The notes beneath the pieces are model-generated. The model was given only the letters and a program-made list of their open reading frames with translations, was not told where the DNA came from and ran no database searches. Made by a program: the position numbers and the translations under genes. Shown piece after piece: positions 8,426-17,666 of a DNA stretch of 31,966 bases (positions are counted from its first letter, which is position 1; each line of letters opens with the position of its first letter). Origin of the DNA: a virus (taxonomy: Duplodnaviria; Caudoviricetes); IMG/VR virus record IMGVR_UViG_3300018421_000108, positions 1 through 31,966 of that record, one strand, 5' to 3'.

Positions 8426-9576
8426 TAACAGTACCTTTAATTACAATGGACAGTAACTCAAGAAGCCTTGGAACGTTTCTTGACAAGTTTAAAGATATTA
8501 TTAACTTCGAAAGTTACAATCATAAGATACTTGACGGTGCAGAAAAAGTAGTTGTGTTTTTCGAATATGTAGGTGATAACGAATTTACATTTACACAATT
8601 TACAAACTTTTTTAAAAGTTATAATATTCCAACACTGCTTGTAATTGACGATAGTTACGAAGGACTAGCAGATAAAAATTTTATTAAATTAGTTGAACAA
8701 ACTGTAGATAAAAACCCAGCAATAAAAGATTGGGTTATACTAACCAATAATAAAATTCTCGATACAGAAAATAAAATTCATTTTAATGTCCAGTTATTTT
8801 TAGATCGCTACGATGGTATTGATGTTAATAAACACATAGGTACTGACTGGAACGGTAATAGTAATTTACGTCGAAAGAAATTTTTATGTTTAAACAGACA
8901 AGAAAGATTGCATAGATTAGAAGTAACTGACTTCTTGCTTGAATACGACATTGCTAAACACACGTATCTTAGTTGTCCTCTTGGTAACTATCAATATGTA
9001 TTAGACGGTACGTTAGAACAACAAGAACATAGAAAGTATCTTGACAAGTCTTTACAAAATGCAAATCTGTCAGAAGAAACTGTACAAAGATTAAAAGCAA
9101 ACTTGCCTATTAATTTAGATTTAGATGAAACAACATATAAGTCAATGGCAAGAAACTTACCTGACGGTAGCCAATACTATGCTGAAAGTTATTTTAGTAT
9201 TATTACTGAAGGCGACTTTGATGATGTCCATAGACAAGCATTTACAGAAAAAGTTTTAAAATGCTTTTTATTCAAACACCCTTTTATTGTTGTAGGCTTA
9301 CAAGATACACTAAAGCAATTAAGGGAATTAGGATTTATAACTTTTAATAGTGTTATTGATGAAAGTTATGACGAATTATCATTTGCACATCAGCGTTTAA
9401 AAAACGTAAAAGACGAGTTAATAAAACTTAATAGTTTGAATATTCACGAACTGCGTGATATGTATAACGAACTTAAACCTGTGTTAGATTATAATAGACA
9501 ACATTACCTAAACTTATTTCAACAAAAGCAACCTGTTGAACTCTTACACAAAATTAAGAGTTTTGTAAATGATTAA
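8422..9576 (+). CDS. hypothetical protein, possibly glycosyltransferase-like
   Basis: 384-aa ORF with FLCLNR...HR, SIITE, FTEKVLK, HPFIVVG and SYDE motifs, reminiscent of GT-B/GT10-like C-terminal domains. Confidence 0.55.
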   Translation: MITVPLITMDSNSRSLGTFLDKFKDIINFESYNHKILDGAEKVVVFFEYVGDNEFTFTQFTNFFKSYNIPTLLVIDDSYEGLADKNFIKLVEQTVDKNPAIKDWVILTNNKILDTENKIHFNVQLFLDRYDGIDVNKHIGTDWNGNSNLRRKKFLCLNRQERLHRLEVTDFLLEYDIAKHTYLSCPLGNYQYVLDGTLEQQEHRKYLDKSLQNANLSEETVQRLKANLPINLDLDETTYKSMARNLPDGSQYYAESYFSIITEGDFDDVHRQAFTEKVLKCFLFKHPFIVVGLQDTLKQLRELGFITFNSVIDESYDELSFAHQRLKNVKDELIKLNSLNIHELRDMYNELKPVLDYNRQHYLNLFQQKQPVELLHKIKSFVND

Positions 9577-10492
9577 TTATAAATTCTTTGTTAGGCAAGT
9601 TTAAATGTTTAACATCGTCTATAATACGTTTCTTAGTAGCAACATCTAACGTAGCAATGTCTAACGGTAACGGATAAGTTAATACGTTAATATACCAACG
9701 TGCATCTTTAAATCTTGTACAAAAATCACTTAACTTTCCTAATCCCATATAATTGTTTTTGTGCAGTACAGTATTAAATTCTAAAGTGTAAAAATTTGCA
9801 CCTACCCAGTCGATAAATTTTACAACATCGGCCCATTTGGTTCCGCTTCTTACTTTTTCAGCAAGTTCGCCTATGCCGTCGATACTTAAAATAAATGTTA
9901 CATTTTTATAGTTGCTAAGTTCTTCAACTACTTCATCACTAGGTATAAAAGTACCATTGGTATTATAAATTACTTCAACTTTATTTTTATGTTTTACTTG
10001 ATGTAATAAACGCAAGTGTCTATCTGTAATTAACGGCTCGCCGCCTAAAAATAAAATCTTGTCTATTGTGTCTGGAACATTAGTAACACTATCAATTTCC
10101 ATTAATTTATTTTTGGCTCGACCGTAAATGTCTTGTTCTTTTACAATCCAACTTGTACTAAACTCTGAGTTACACCCGTCACAAGTTAAGTTACATAGAT
10201 TATCAAAACCTATTTCTAAAAATTTAAGTTCAACTGAATCTGTATCATATTTTTCGTTAAACTCTTGGCGTAGACTTTTATGCTGAATACTTTCTTCGTA
10301 ATAACATTTTTCACAACCGGATATGCGTTCGCCAGCAAGGCTTTGTTCTCGTAATTCTTTATATGCTTCTGAATGCAATACGTTGGCTACATCACCGTCG
10401 AATGTATCAATGGAATATTTAAAACGACAACAAGGATAAACTCTGTTACCACTGCGTATATTAGTATGTTTCCAAAATGCACTACACTTCAT
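9554..10492 (-). CDS. radical SAM protein with N-terminal SPASM/twitch-like Cys cluster
   Basis: N-terminal C...PCC...CEKC; CNLTCDGC; GGEPL; YNTNG; SIDG. Start may be 10492 or 10513. Confidence 0.85.
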   Translation of the reverse strand: MKCSAFWKHTNIRSGNRVYPCCRFKYSIDTFDGDVANVLHSEAYKELREQSLAGERISGCEKCYYEESIQHKSLRQEFNEKYDTDSVELKFLEIGFDNLCNLTCDGCNSEFSTSWIVKEQDIYGRAKNKLMEIDSVTNVPDTIDKILFLGGEPLITDRHLRLLHQVKHKNKVEVIYNTNGTFIPSDEVVEELSNYKNVTFILSIDGIGELAEKVRSGTKWADVVKFIDWVGANFYTLEFNTVLHKNNYMGLGKLSDFCTRFKDARWYINVLTYPLPLDIATLDVATKKRIIDDVKHLNLPNKEFIINHLQNS

Positions 10493-10907
10493 AATAGGGA
10501 ATCCATTTGTCATCTAGGTCTTTTTTAAGACATTTAGTTGCTAAATCTAAAAATGGTTTGTAATCCATTTCCGTTTTATCTTCATTACGCATAGGATCAA
10601 ACACAAATATATTGTTTCTATCTACAATATCTAAATCATCTGTGTGTATGTTTAAGAACACCGGTTTAGTGGTGTCTAAAACGCATTTTAAAGCGTCTAC
10701 ACTGCACAAGACATAGTCAGAGCACTCAAACATATACTCTAGCATTTCAGACCGCTGTACGGGCATCTTAACCAGGTTTACACGGGCATTTAACCACTGT
10801 TCTATATGTTGCTCTAGCACACTATCGCCAAGCGGTAGCATTAGTACATAACTAAATTTATTTTGGTTTGATTGTTCAAATAATCTATCAATTTCTTCTT
10901 TTGTCAT
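10482..10907 (-). CDS. hypothetical protein
   Basis: 141-aa ORF overlapping both minus-strand neighbours. Confidence 0.65.
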   Translation of the reverse strand: MTKEEIDRLFEQSNQNKFSYVLMLPLGDSVLEQHIEQWLNARVNLVKMPVQRSEMLEYMFECSDYVLCSVDALKCVLDTTKPVFLNIHTDDLDIVDRNNIFVFDPMRNEDKTEMDYKPFLDLATKCLKKDLDDKWIPYYEV

Positions 10908-11497
10908 TTTTTAATAATTTCAAAATCAAACACGATAATGTTTAATGCCTTGTCGCTCAAATTAGGAGTTGTACTAATATCTAAATAGCCAGGTAAGAAA
11001 TAAATTTCACCCTGTGGCATTGGCAAATATGTTTGCCAACTATTATACGGATTCTTATTTTCAACAGGAATACTATTATAGTAATATTCGCTTACTGGAT
11101 TATCAACAACTAGTCCACCACTGTTTGGATCGCTTGAAACAAAGTACATACCTGTATAAAAACTTCCAGTATTCTTTTTCTTGGTTAAGCAACCACCCGG
11201 TAATACACATTGTATCATCGAACGTGTTATAGCAATGTGTTGACCTTGTTTGATATCTAACTTTTTGAAAACATCTTGACAAAATGCTTTTACTTCATCA
11301 CTTTCACTAATATGTTTGAATAGATTATTAGTTTGAAAGTTATCCTTACTTTGCCAAGTGTTAACGTGCTGAATGTTTGTATTGTTAGACTGTTTTTGAT
11401 AGTCTTCAACTACTCTATCAAACAATTTAGATACGTCTTCATGCTTGGAGAACGTGGTATGGAATATACTGTTTACAAATAAATTTAATTGGTCCAT
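10904..11497 (-). CDS. TIGR02466-like 2OG-Fe(II) oxygenase homolog lacking metal ligands
   Basis: WQS, GMYFV, GGLVVDNP, GEIYFLPGYL and PN scaffold retained; the His/His/Arg positions are substituted. Confidence 0.65.
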   Translation of the reverse strand: MDQLNLFVNSIFHTTFSKHEDVSKLFDRVVEDYQKQSNNTNIQHVNTWQSKDNFQTNNLFKHISESDEVKAFCQDVFKKLDIKQGQHIAITRSMIQCVLPGGCLTKKKNTGSFYTGMYFVSSDPNSGGLVVDNPVSEYYYNSIPVENKNPYNSWQTYLPMPQGEIYFLPGYLDISTTPNLSDKALNIIVFDFEIIKK

Positions 11498-11505
11498 GGT
11501 AAAAT

Positions 11506-11558
11506 TACTTATTTTGCTTTCAAGAACTGTAGACTGTATTTGGCTTCAAATGTAAATA
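11506..11558. promoter_or_regulatory. divergent putative late promoters
   Basis: TAAATA (+, 11553-11558) lies 5 nt before ATG 11564; ATAAGTA (-, 11506-11512) lies 8 nt before the minus-strand ATG at 11497. Confidence 0.5.
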
Positions 11559-11563
11559 GAGTT

Positions 11564-12322
11564 ATGAAAATCGTGCTAGTTACAGGTGGATTTGATCCAC
11601 TCCATTCAGGTCATATCAAATATTTTAAAGCGGCTAAAGAACTAGGGGATATGCTAGTTGTCGGAGTTAACTCTGATGAATGGCTAACACGAAAGAAGGG
11701 TAGACCCTTTATGCCTTTCAAAGAAAGAATTGCCATTATCAAAGAACTATCCATTGTTGATAAGGTTATTAGTTTTGATGATCAAGACGACAGTGCTTGT
11801 CAAGCAATCTTTCAAACACAGTCAACTAGCGGTATAGACGATCAAATAATTTTCGCCAACGGTGGAGATAGAACAGATAAAAACATTCCTGAAATGGCGA
11901 TGTTTGATAATGTTAAATTTATTTTCGGAGTAGGCGGTCAAGACAAAGTTAATTCTTCAAGTTGGATATTAGATGAATGGAAGGCTCCAAAGACAGAACG
12001 TACTTGGGGTTACTACCGTGTACTACACGAAGTCGAAGGTTGTAAAGTAAAAGAACTTACAGTTGATCCTGGAAAAGAATTATCAATGCAACGACATAAA
12101 AGTCGTGCAGAGTATTGGCTAGTTACAGAAGGCAAGTGTGTTGTTAATTCAAAATTAGAATCCGGATATAACATACCTCCAAAGACTTTAGAGAAACACG
12201 AAGAATACAAAGTTGATGTTGATGCATGGCATCAATTAACTAATCCTTTTGATACGCCTTGTCGAATAGTTGAAATTCAATATGGAGATAAATGCATAGA
12301 AGAGGACATTGAACGCAAATGA
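11564..12322 (+). CDS. HIGH-family cytidylyl/adenylyltransferase fused to a mannose-6-phosphate-isomerase-like cupin
   Basis: TGGFDPLHSGH, GVNSD, KKGRPF, FANGGDR, then RTWGYY...LSMQRH...RAEYW...HQLTN...EIQYG...EEDIER. True start is probably 11564. Confidence 0.85.
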   Translation: MKIVLVTGGFDPLHSGHIKYFKAAKELGDMLVVGVNSDEWLTRKKGRPFMPFKERIAIIKELSIVDKVISFDDQDDSACQAIFQTQSTSGIDDQIIFANGGDRTDKNIPEMAMFDNVKFIFGVGGQDKVNSSSWILDEWKAPKTERTWGYYRVLHEVEGCKVKELTVDPGKELSMQRHKSRAEYWLVTEGKCVVNSKLESGYNIPPKTLEKHEEYKVDVDAWHQLTNPFDTPCRIVEIQYGDKCIEEDIERK

Positions 12323-12993
12323 AAATATTTGTAGGCTACGACACTAGAGAAGACATTGCTTATCAAGTGTGCAAACACAGTATTATAAGCAGACAATCTA
12401 ACGCAGAAGTACATCCGTTAAAACAAAACGAGTTAAGAGAAGCAGGTTGGTACACTCGTCCTATCGATACATTGGGTTCAACAGAATTTACTTTTACACG
12501 TTTTCTTATTCCAGAACTTACTAACTTTGAAGGTTGGGCATTGTTTATGGATTGTGATATGATCCTTACTACAGATATTAAAGAACTGTTTGATCAAGCA
12601 GATGACAAGTATGCAGTCATGTGTGTACAACACGATTACAAAGTTGAAGAAGGGTTCAAGATGGATGGACAGAAGCAAACTGTTTACCCTCGTAAGAATT
12701 GGTCAAGTGTTGTGTTATGGAACTGCGGACATCCAAGTAACAAAGTAGTAACTACAGATTTAGTTAACGATGAAAAAACAACAGGAAAATATTTGCATAG
12801 GTTTAGTTGGCTTAAAGATGACGAGATTGGTGAACTAGATCACACTTGGAATTATTTGGTTGGAGTATATAAAGATCTTGACAAACCAAACTTAATACAC
12901 TACACTGAAGGCGGACCATGGTTCGAAAATTATCGTAACGGAGAATTTTCACGCTTATGGAAAGATGAACTTTTTAACATGATGAACAAATAA
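12319..12993 (+). CDS. GT-A glycosyltransferase (GT8/CDI-like)
   Basis: IFVGYD, STEFTFTRF, FMDCDM (DxD), YPRKNWSS, WNYLV, HYTEGGPW. Confidence 0.8.
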   Translation: MKIFVGYDTREDIAYQVCKHSIISRQSNAEVHPLKQNELREAGWYTRPIDTLGSTEFTFTRFLIPELTNFEGWALFMDCDMILTTDIKELFDQADDKYAVMCVQHDYKVEEGFKMDGQKQTVYPRKNWSSVVLWNCGHPSNKVVTTDLVNDEKTTGKYLHRFSWLKDDEIGELDHTWNYLVGVYKDLDKPNLIHYTEGGPWFENYRNGEFSRLWKDELFNMMNK

Positions 12994-13793
12994 TGAGCCA
13001 TTGTATTATTACAGACGAAAACGATGCTATTGTTAAATGCTTGATACAGTCATTTAAAGATGTGCATTATTCAGGATTTCAAGACTTTCATAAATTCAAT
13101 AAAGAAATTCCTGTAGTTCTTAGAGGAATGACTGAACGCAAAGCAATACGAACTGCTGAAAAACAAGGAAGAGATTATTTTTATATTGACACAGGATATA
13201 TGGGTAATCTAAACAAGCGTAAAAACTGGCATAGAGTTGTAAAGAACAATGTACAAAATATGACGCCGCGTTATGATTTACCAGCAGATAGATTTAATTC
13301 GATCAACGATAATAATTTAAGATTTACTGGTTGGAAAAAAATGGACGGAGCAATTCTTGTTGTTACTCCATCGCAAAAGCCTTGTTCGTTTTATGGAATT
13401 GACAGAGATGTTTGGGTAGAAGAAACTATTAAGGAACTTGTAAAACACACAGATAGACCTATTCTTATTAGAGATAAAGGACTGCGTAGAGAACGTTTAA
13501 ATGACAACAGCGTCCCTGCACAACTTGTTAGACAACAAATACATTGTCTAGTAACTTATAATTCTATTGCGGCAACCGAGGCAATAAGTGCAGGAGTACC
13601 TGCTATTGCACTTGCTCCGGGAGCGGCTGGAGAGTTATGTACTAAAAAGATTAGTGATATTGAAAATCCTTACTACCCCGATGAAGAAAAAGTTATTGCT
13701 TGGCAAAACTGGTTAGCCTACTGCCAATACACGACACAAGAATTAGAAAGCGGTTTCGCATTAGATTTAATAAGAGATTTAGAACTATGTTAA
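12993..13793 (+). CDS. capsule-biosynthesis (KpsS/KpsC-like) GT-B protein, paralog 1
   Basis: YIDTGY, RPILIRDK, VTYNSIAATEAISAGVP, LAYCQYT motifs shared with two neighbours. Confidence 0.6.
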   Translation: MSHCIITDENDAIVKCLIQSFKDVHYSGFQDFHKFNKEIPVVLRGMTERKAIRTAEKQGRDYFYIDTGYMGNLNKRKNWHRVVKNNVQNMTPRYDLPADRFNSINDNNLRFTGWKKMDGAILVVTPSQKPCSFYGIDRDVWVEETIKELVKHTDRPILIRDKGLRRERLNDNSVPAQLVRQQIHCLVTYNSIAATEAISAGVPAIALAPGAAGELCTKKISDIENPYYPDEEKVIAWQNWLAYCQYTTQELESGFALDLIRDLELC

Positions 13794-14710
13794 CAGTTGC
13801 AAGTTATATGAAAGTTATTCCTCCTGGAAATTCAAATCCAGAAAAACCTGCACTACTAAAAAATTATATTGAAGGTGTAAACAAAATGGGTGATAAAGGA
13901 ATTATATGTAATACATATCATCCTATTGATACTGACGTAGCAGTTATACAAGGGTTTGTTCATGCTAACAGCAAAGATACCCCTCACCTTAAATTACGTA
14001 GATTAGTATACGAAAATCAATTGGCTAGAGGAAAACGTTGTATAATTGTTGATAGTAATTTATTTTTAGCATACGACAAAAACAATAGTAAAACATATTT
14101 GCGTTATGGCTATGATGGTATATTTGCCAACACCGGAGAATATTGTAATGCTCCTGAATTTGTTCAACCCGAACGTTGGCTACGATTGTCAAAAGATTTA
14201 AACATTGAAGTTAAGCCTTGGAAGAAAAGAAACGACGGTCATATTTTAATTGCTTGTCAAAGAGATGGCGGCTGGAGTATGCAAGGACAAGATGTTTTAA
14301 AATGGTTGGAACAAACTGTTAAAAGAATTAGAGTAGTGTGTGATGCACCTATTATGGTTAGATTCCATCCAGGTGATAAGCAACGTGATACATATCCACA
14401 GCGTATTAAACATTTAGATGTTTTTACAAGTGTGTCGCCAAGTCTATTACACGATTTACAAAACGCAAGAGCATTTGTAGGACATAATAGTAGTCCTGGA
14501 ATTATTGCCGCAATTGAAGGAGTTCCAGTATTTTTAACAGATGCCGGACGCAGTCAAGCAAAAGAAGTTGCACACACTAATTTTCAAGACCTAGCACACA
14601 TTAACGAATTTGATAGAGGCCCTTGGTTAGAAAAACTAGCAATGTGCCATTGGAGACTTGAGGAACTTAAAACAGGTGCGTGTTGGGAACATATGAGGAA
14701 ATTTGTATAA
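13787..14710 (+). CDS. capsule-biosynthesis (KpsS/KpsC-like) GT-B protein, paralog 2
   Basis: ILIACQ, VRFHP, HNSSPGIIAAIEGVP, W-L-x-x-LA-x-x-HW; likely start ATG 13787. Confidence 0.62.
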   Translation: MLTVASYMKVIPPGNSNPEKPALLKNYIEGVNKMGDKGIICNTYHPIDTDVAVIQGFVHANSKDTPHLKLRRLVYENQLARGKRCIIVDSNLFLAYDKNNSKTYLRYGYDGIFANTGEYCNAPEFVQPERWLRLSKDLNIEVKPWKKRNDGHILIACQRDGGWSMQGQDVLKWLEQTVKRIRVVCDAPIMVRFHPGDKQRDTYPQRIKHLDVFTSVSPSLLHDLQNARAFVGHNSSPGIIAAIEGVPVFLTDAGRSQAKEVAHTNFQDLAHINEFDRGPWLEKLAMCHWRLEELKTGACWEHMRKFV

Positions 14711-15537
14711 TGAGAGTACTAGTTGTAACTACATTTCATAAAGAAGGAATGGAATTATATGGACAACGTTTTATGGATACGTTTTCCAAAAATGTAGATC
14801 CTAAAATTGATTTACGTGTATATGCAGAAAATTGTACACCAACAGTTAATGATCCTCATGACCGCATAGGAGTATGGAGTGCTGAAACTGTACTAGATAA
14901 ACTTCAAGCATTTAAAACAAAATGGAAAAATGTTCCTAAAGCAAATGGAGTGTGTCCTCCAGAAATAAAAGCAAAGCGTCCACGAGACTGGCACAAAGAA
15001 TTTAAGTGGGACGCTGTAAGATTTGCTAATAAAGTATATGCAGTATTTCATGCCTGTGAAGATGAACAATATGATTTAGTGGTTTGGTTAGATGCCGACA
15101 CAGTATGCCATAGTGCAATTAGTTATGAAAAGTTTGTAAGTTTTTTCCCTCAAGATACATGGCTAAGTTATTTAGGTAGAGGACACAAATGGCCAGAGTG
15201 CGGATTCTATGGACTACACACTAAGTCACTTGCCGCCCAAGAGTTTTTAAAAGAATTTGAACGTGTGTATGAAGATGCCGACAATGGTATTTTCAAAATG
15301 GAAGAGTGGCACGACTCTTACGTATTTGATCAAGTACTAAAAGGTATTAGACAAACACATTCAAATATACATGATCTTAGTGGACATTTAGTAAAAGGTG
15401 AAGGTCATCCACTGATTAACACTGAACTAGGTGCCTACTTTGATCATTTAAAAGGCGCTCGTAAAAAAGAAGGTATGAGTAGATTAAAAGATTTATTTAG
15501 AGTTAGAACAGAAGATTATTGGAAAACTGCCAAATGA
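14710..15537 (+). CDS. GT-A glycosyltransferase-like protein
   Basis: VVTTF, RFANKV, WLDADT (DxD), ECGF, WHDS, DHLKG; TAATG coupling at 14708-14712. Confidence 0.65.
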   Translation: MRVLVVTTFHKEGMELYGQRFMDTFSKNVDPKIDLRVYAENCTPTVNDPHDRIGVWSAETVLDKLQAFKTKWKNVPKANGVCPPEIKAKRPRDWHKEFKWDAVRFANKVYAVFHACEDEQYDLVVWLDADTVCHSAISYEKFVSFFPQDTWLSYLGRGHKWPECGFYGLHTKSLAAQEFLKEFERVYEDADNGIFKMEEWHDSYVFDQVLKGIRQTHSNIHDLSGHLVKGEGHPLINTELGAYFDHLKGARKKEGMSRLKDLFRVRTEDYWKTAK

Positions 15538-16379
15538 GATTTAGTTTATTCACAGACAACGGTGCGTTAAATTCTAAACCCGTGTTTGAAGCATTTGCAC
15601 AAGGGTGCGGTCAACAAGGTCACGAAGTTGTATATAACGACTACAATGCAGATGTAGCAGTCATATGGAGTGTCCTATGGCATGGCCGTATGCGTCCTAA
15701 CAAAGCAGTATGGGATCACTTTCGTAGTCAAGGTAAACCTGTAATTGTTTTAGAAGTAGGTGCTTTACACAGAAACATAATGTGGAAAGTAGGTATAAAT
15801 GGGATCAATAGAGATGCTGATTTTGGCGATAGTGACAATAATAGTAGTAGGGCTGACCAACTCGGACTAAAATTAAAACCATGGCGGGAACAAGAAGGAA
15901 GTATTTTAATTTGTACACAACACGATAAAAGTAGACAATGGGAAGGACTTCCGCCTATCAGTAATTGGGTTTTAGAAATTATAGGTCATATCCGAAGTCA
16001 AACCGAACGCCCAATTATAATTCGTCCTCACCCTAGATGTAAACTAGAAGGTATTCAACACGAGTACCGTAATGTTAGACTTCAACACCCCAAACACATT
16101 GACGGAACTTATGATGATTTTGATTTAGAGTTTGATAACATATACGCTGTAGTAAATTGGTCAAGCAATCCTGCTATCCAGGCAGTTATTGAAGGAATAC
16201 CTGTATATGTAAGTCAGCACAGTCTAGCACACGACGTTGGCAATCCTATATTTGGGGATTATAACAATCCAATCAAGCCTGATAGACAGCAGTGGTTAAA
16301 TGATTTGGCATACACAGAATGGAGTGTGCCTGAAATAATTCAAGGAATTGCACTAAAACGCTTGACTTCTTTCCTATAA
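15534..16379 (+). CDS. capsule-biosynthesis (KpsS/KpsC-like) GT-B protein, paralog 3
   Basis: ILICTQ, IRPHPR, WSSNPAIQAVIEGIP, WLNDLAYTEW; ATGA coupling at 15534. Confidence 0.62.
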   Translation: MRFSLFTDNGALNSKPVFEAFAQGCGQQGHEVVYNDYNADVAVIWSVLWHGRMRPNKAVWDHFRSQGKPVIVLEVGALHRNIMWKVGINGINRDADFGDSDNNSSRADQLGLKLKPWREQEGSILICTQHDKSRQWEGLPPISNWVLEIIGHIRSQTERPIIIRPHPRCKLEGIQHEYRNVRLQHPKHIDGTYDDFDLEFDNIYAVVNWSSNPAIQAVIEGIPVYVSQHSLAHDVGNPIFGDYNNPIKPDRQQWLNDLAYTEWSVPEIIQGIALKRLTSFL

Positions 16380-16390
16380 TGTCGTATAAT
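16362..16390 (+). promoter_or_regulatory. sigma70-type promoter
   Basis: TTGACT (16362-16367), N17, TATAAT (16385-16390); the -35 lies inside the upstream CDS. Confidence 0.8.
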
Positions 16391-16415
16391 GTTATGAATA
16401 GTATAGGAAATATCC

Positions 16416-17666
16416 ATGAGCAAATACACTGTAGAAGACTGTTTAGAAATTTTGATTGGGCATCGAAATATTCCTGGTGCCTCATGGCGTGAGCACAAAT
16501 TCAAGTTATTCCCCGAAAATAGAAAAGTCTTAACTAGTATTGGTACACAGGTATTTCGCGGCAAAGCCTTAACAGAGAAACAACACGAACTAGTTAAAAC
16601 TCTTTTAGTAGAATGGTATACAGAACAGTTTGCCGAGAATGGCATTACTATTTTAGATCATGTAAATTTAACCCGTGAGCCCTACAGAGTAGTTGACAAG
16701 TCGCATTGGATTAAACGAACTACAACAAATGATCAAGACTACATTAGTATTCGTTTTCCGTTTAGCAATGAAGTAATTGATCACATTAATGATCTTAAAA
16801 AGAACACAGACAAAGAAGAATATTTTTATAATCAACACCAACACAACTTTCTTTTTAATGAAAAGAATGTTTTTAAATTAATTGATATTGCACTACGATT
16901 TAAAACAGAATTTGATATCGATGAGGAAATACTAAGTTACTATCACCAAATAGTAGATATTAAAAATCACGAAGAAGATTATATTCCCGGGGTTTACAAC
17001 TTCGAATATAAAAATTTACATCCTAGTCTAGAAGAACATCTTTTAGATACGTATGGTAAACCTACTCCTGAAAATATTATTGGGTTATGGGATAAACGTA
17101 GACTATACGGACTACACCACTTTGACAATATTGCTGTTGCCAATTATTCAAGTTTAAGTCAAAAAATATTTGCAAGAAGAACTTCTAATATTCATGTAAG
17201 AACAAAAGTATGGACAAGCACTCAATTGTTTACAGCAATTTATGAGATGGATAGATTTCCTTTGTTAATTTTATTGAACGAAGAACGTGCGGCCGACGAA
17301 CTTTCTTTGGTGTATAATGATGTTAAAGGGTTTGTTGACAATAAAGATGTTAGTGTAATGTTTAGATTGGACAATAAGAATGGCAATGAATTTAACCAAT
17401 TCATCAGGGATAAGGGATTAAATAATAGTATAAGCAATGAAACAAAGATTGTAATTGCTAATCGAAAGAAAATAACAAAGCCTATTTTAAAGTCTAACTG
17501 GACTCCTGTCTGTATGTTAACATTTGGACCTTCACGCTTTCCAGGTTACGTAGTAGACGGGTACCTAACACAATTTGATCTCAAGTTATATTACACAGAG
17601 GAAGATAGTATCATTTCACAATATTCTAAAAAGAGAGATTATCACGAAGGAATCGAAGCAGTATGA
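16416..17666 (+). CDS. hypothetical protein upstream of uvsW
   Basis: 416-aa ORF with own promoter and AGGA SD; ATGA coupling to the helicase. Confidence 0.75.
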   Translation: MSKYTVEDCLEILIGHRNIPGASWREHKFKLFPENRKVLTSIGTQVFRGKALTEKQHELVKTLLVEWYTEQFAENGITILDHVNLTREPYRVVDKSHWIKRTTTNDQDYISIRFPFSNEVIDHINDLKKNTDKEEYFYNQHQHNFLFNEKNVFKLIDIALRFKTEFDIDEEILSYYHQIVDIKNHEEDYIPGVYNFEYKNLHPSLEEHLLDTYGKPTPENIIGLWDKRRLYGLHHFDNIAVANYSSLSQKIFARRTSNIHVRTKVWTSTQLFTAIYEMDRFPLLILLNEERAADELSLVYNDVKGFVDNKDVSVMFRLDNKNGNEFNQFIRDKGLNNSISNETKIVIANRKKITKPILKSNWTPVCMLTFGPSRFPGYVVDGYLTQFDLKLYYTEEDSIISQYSKKRDYHEGIEAV

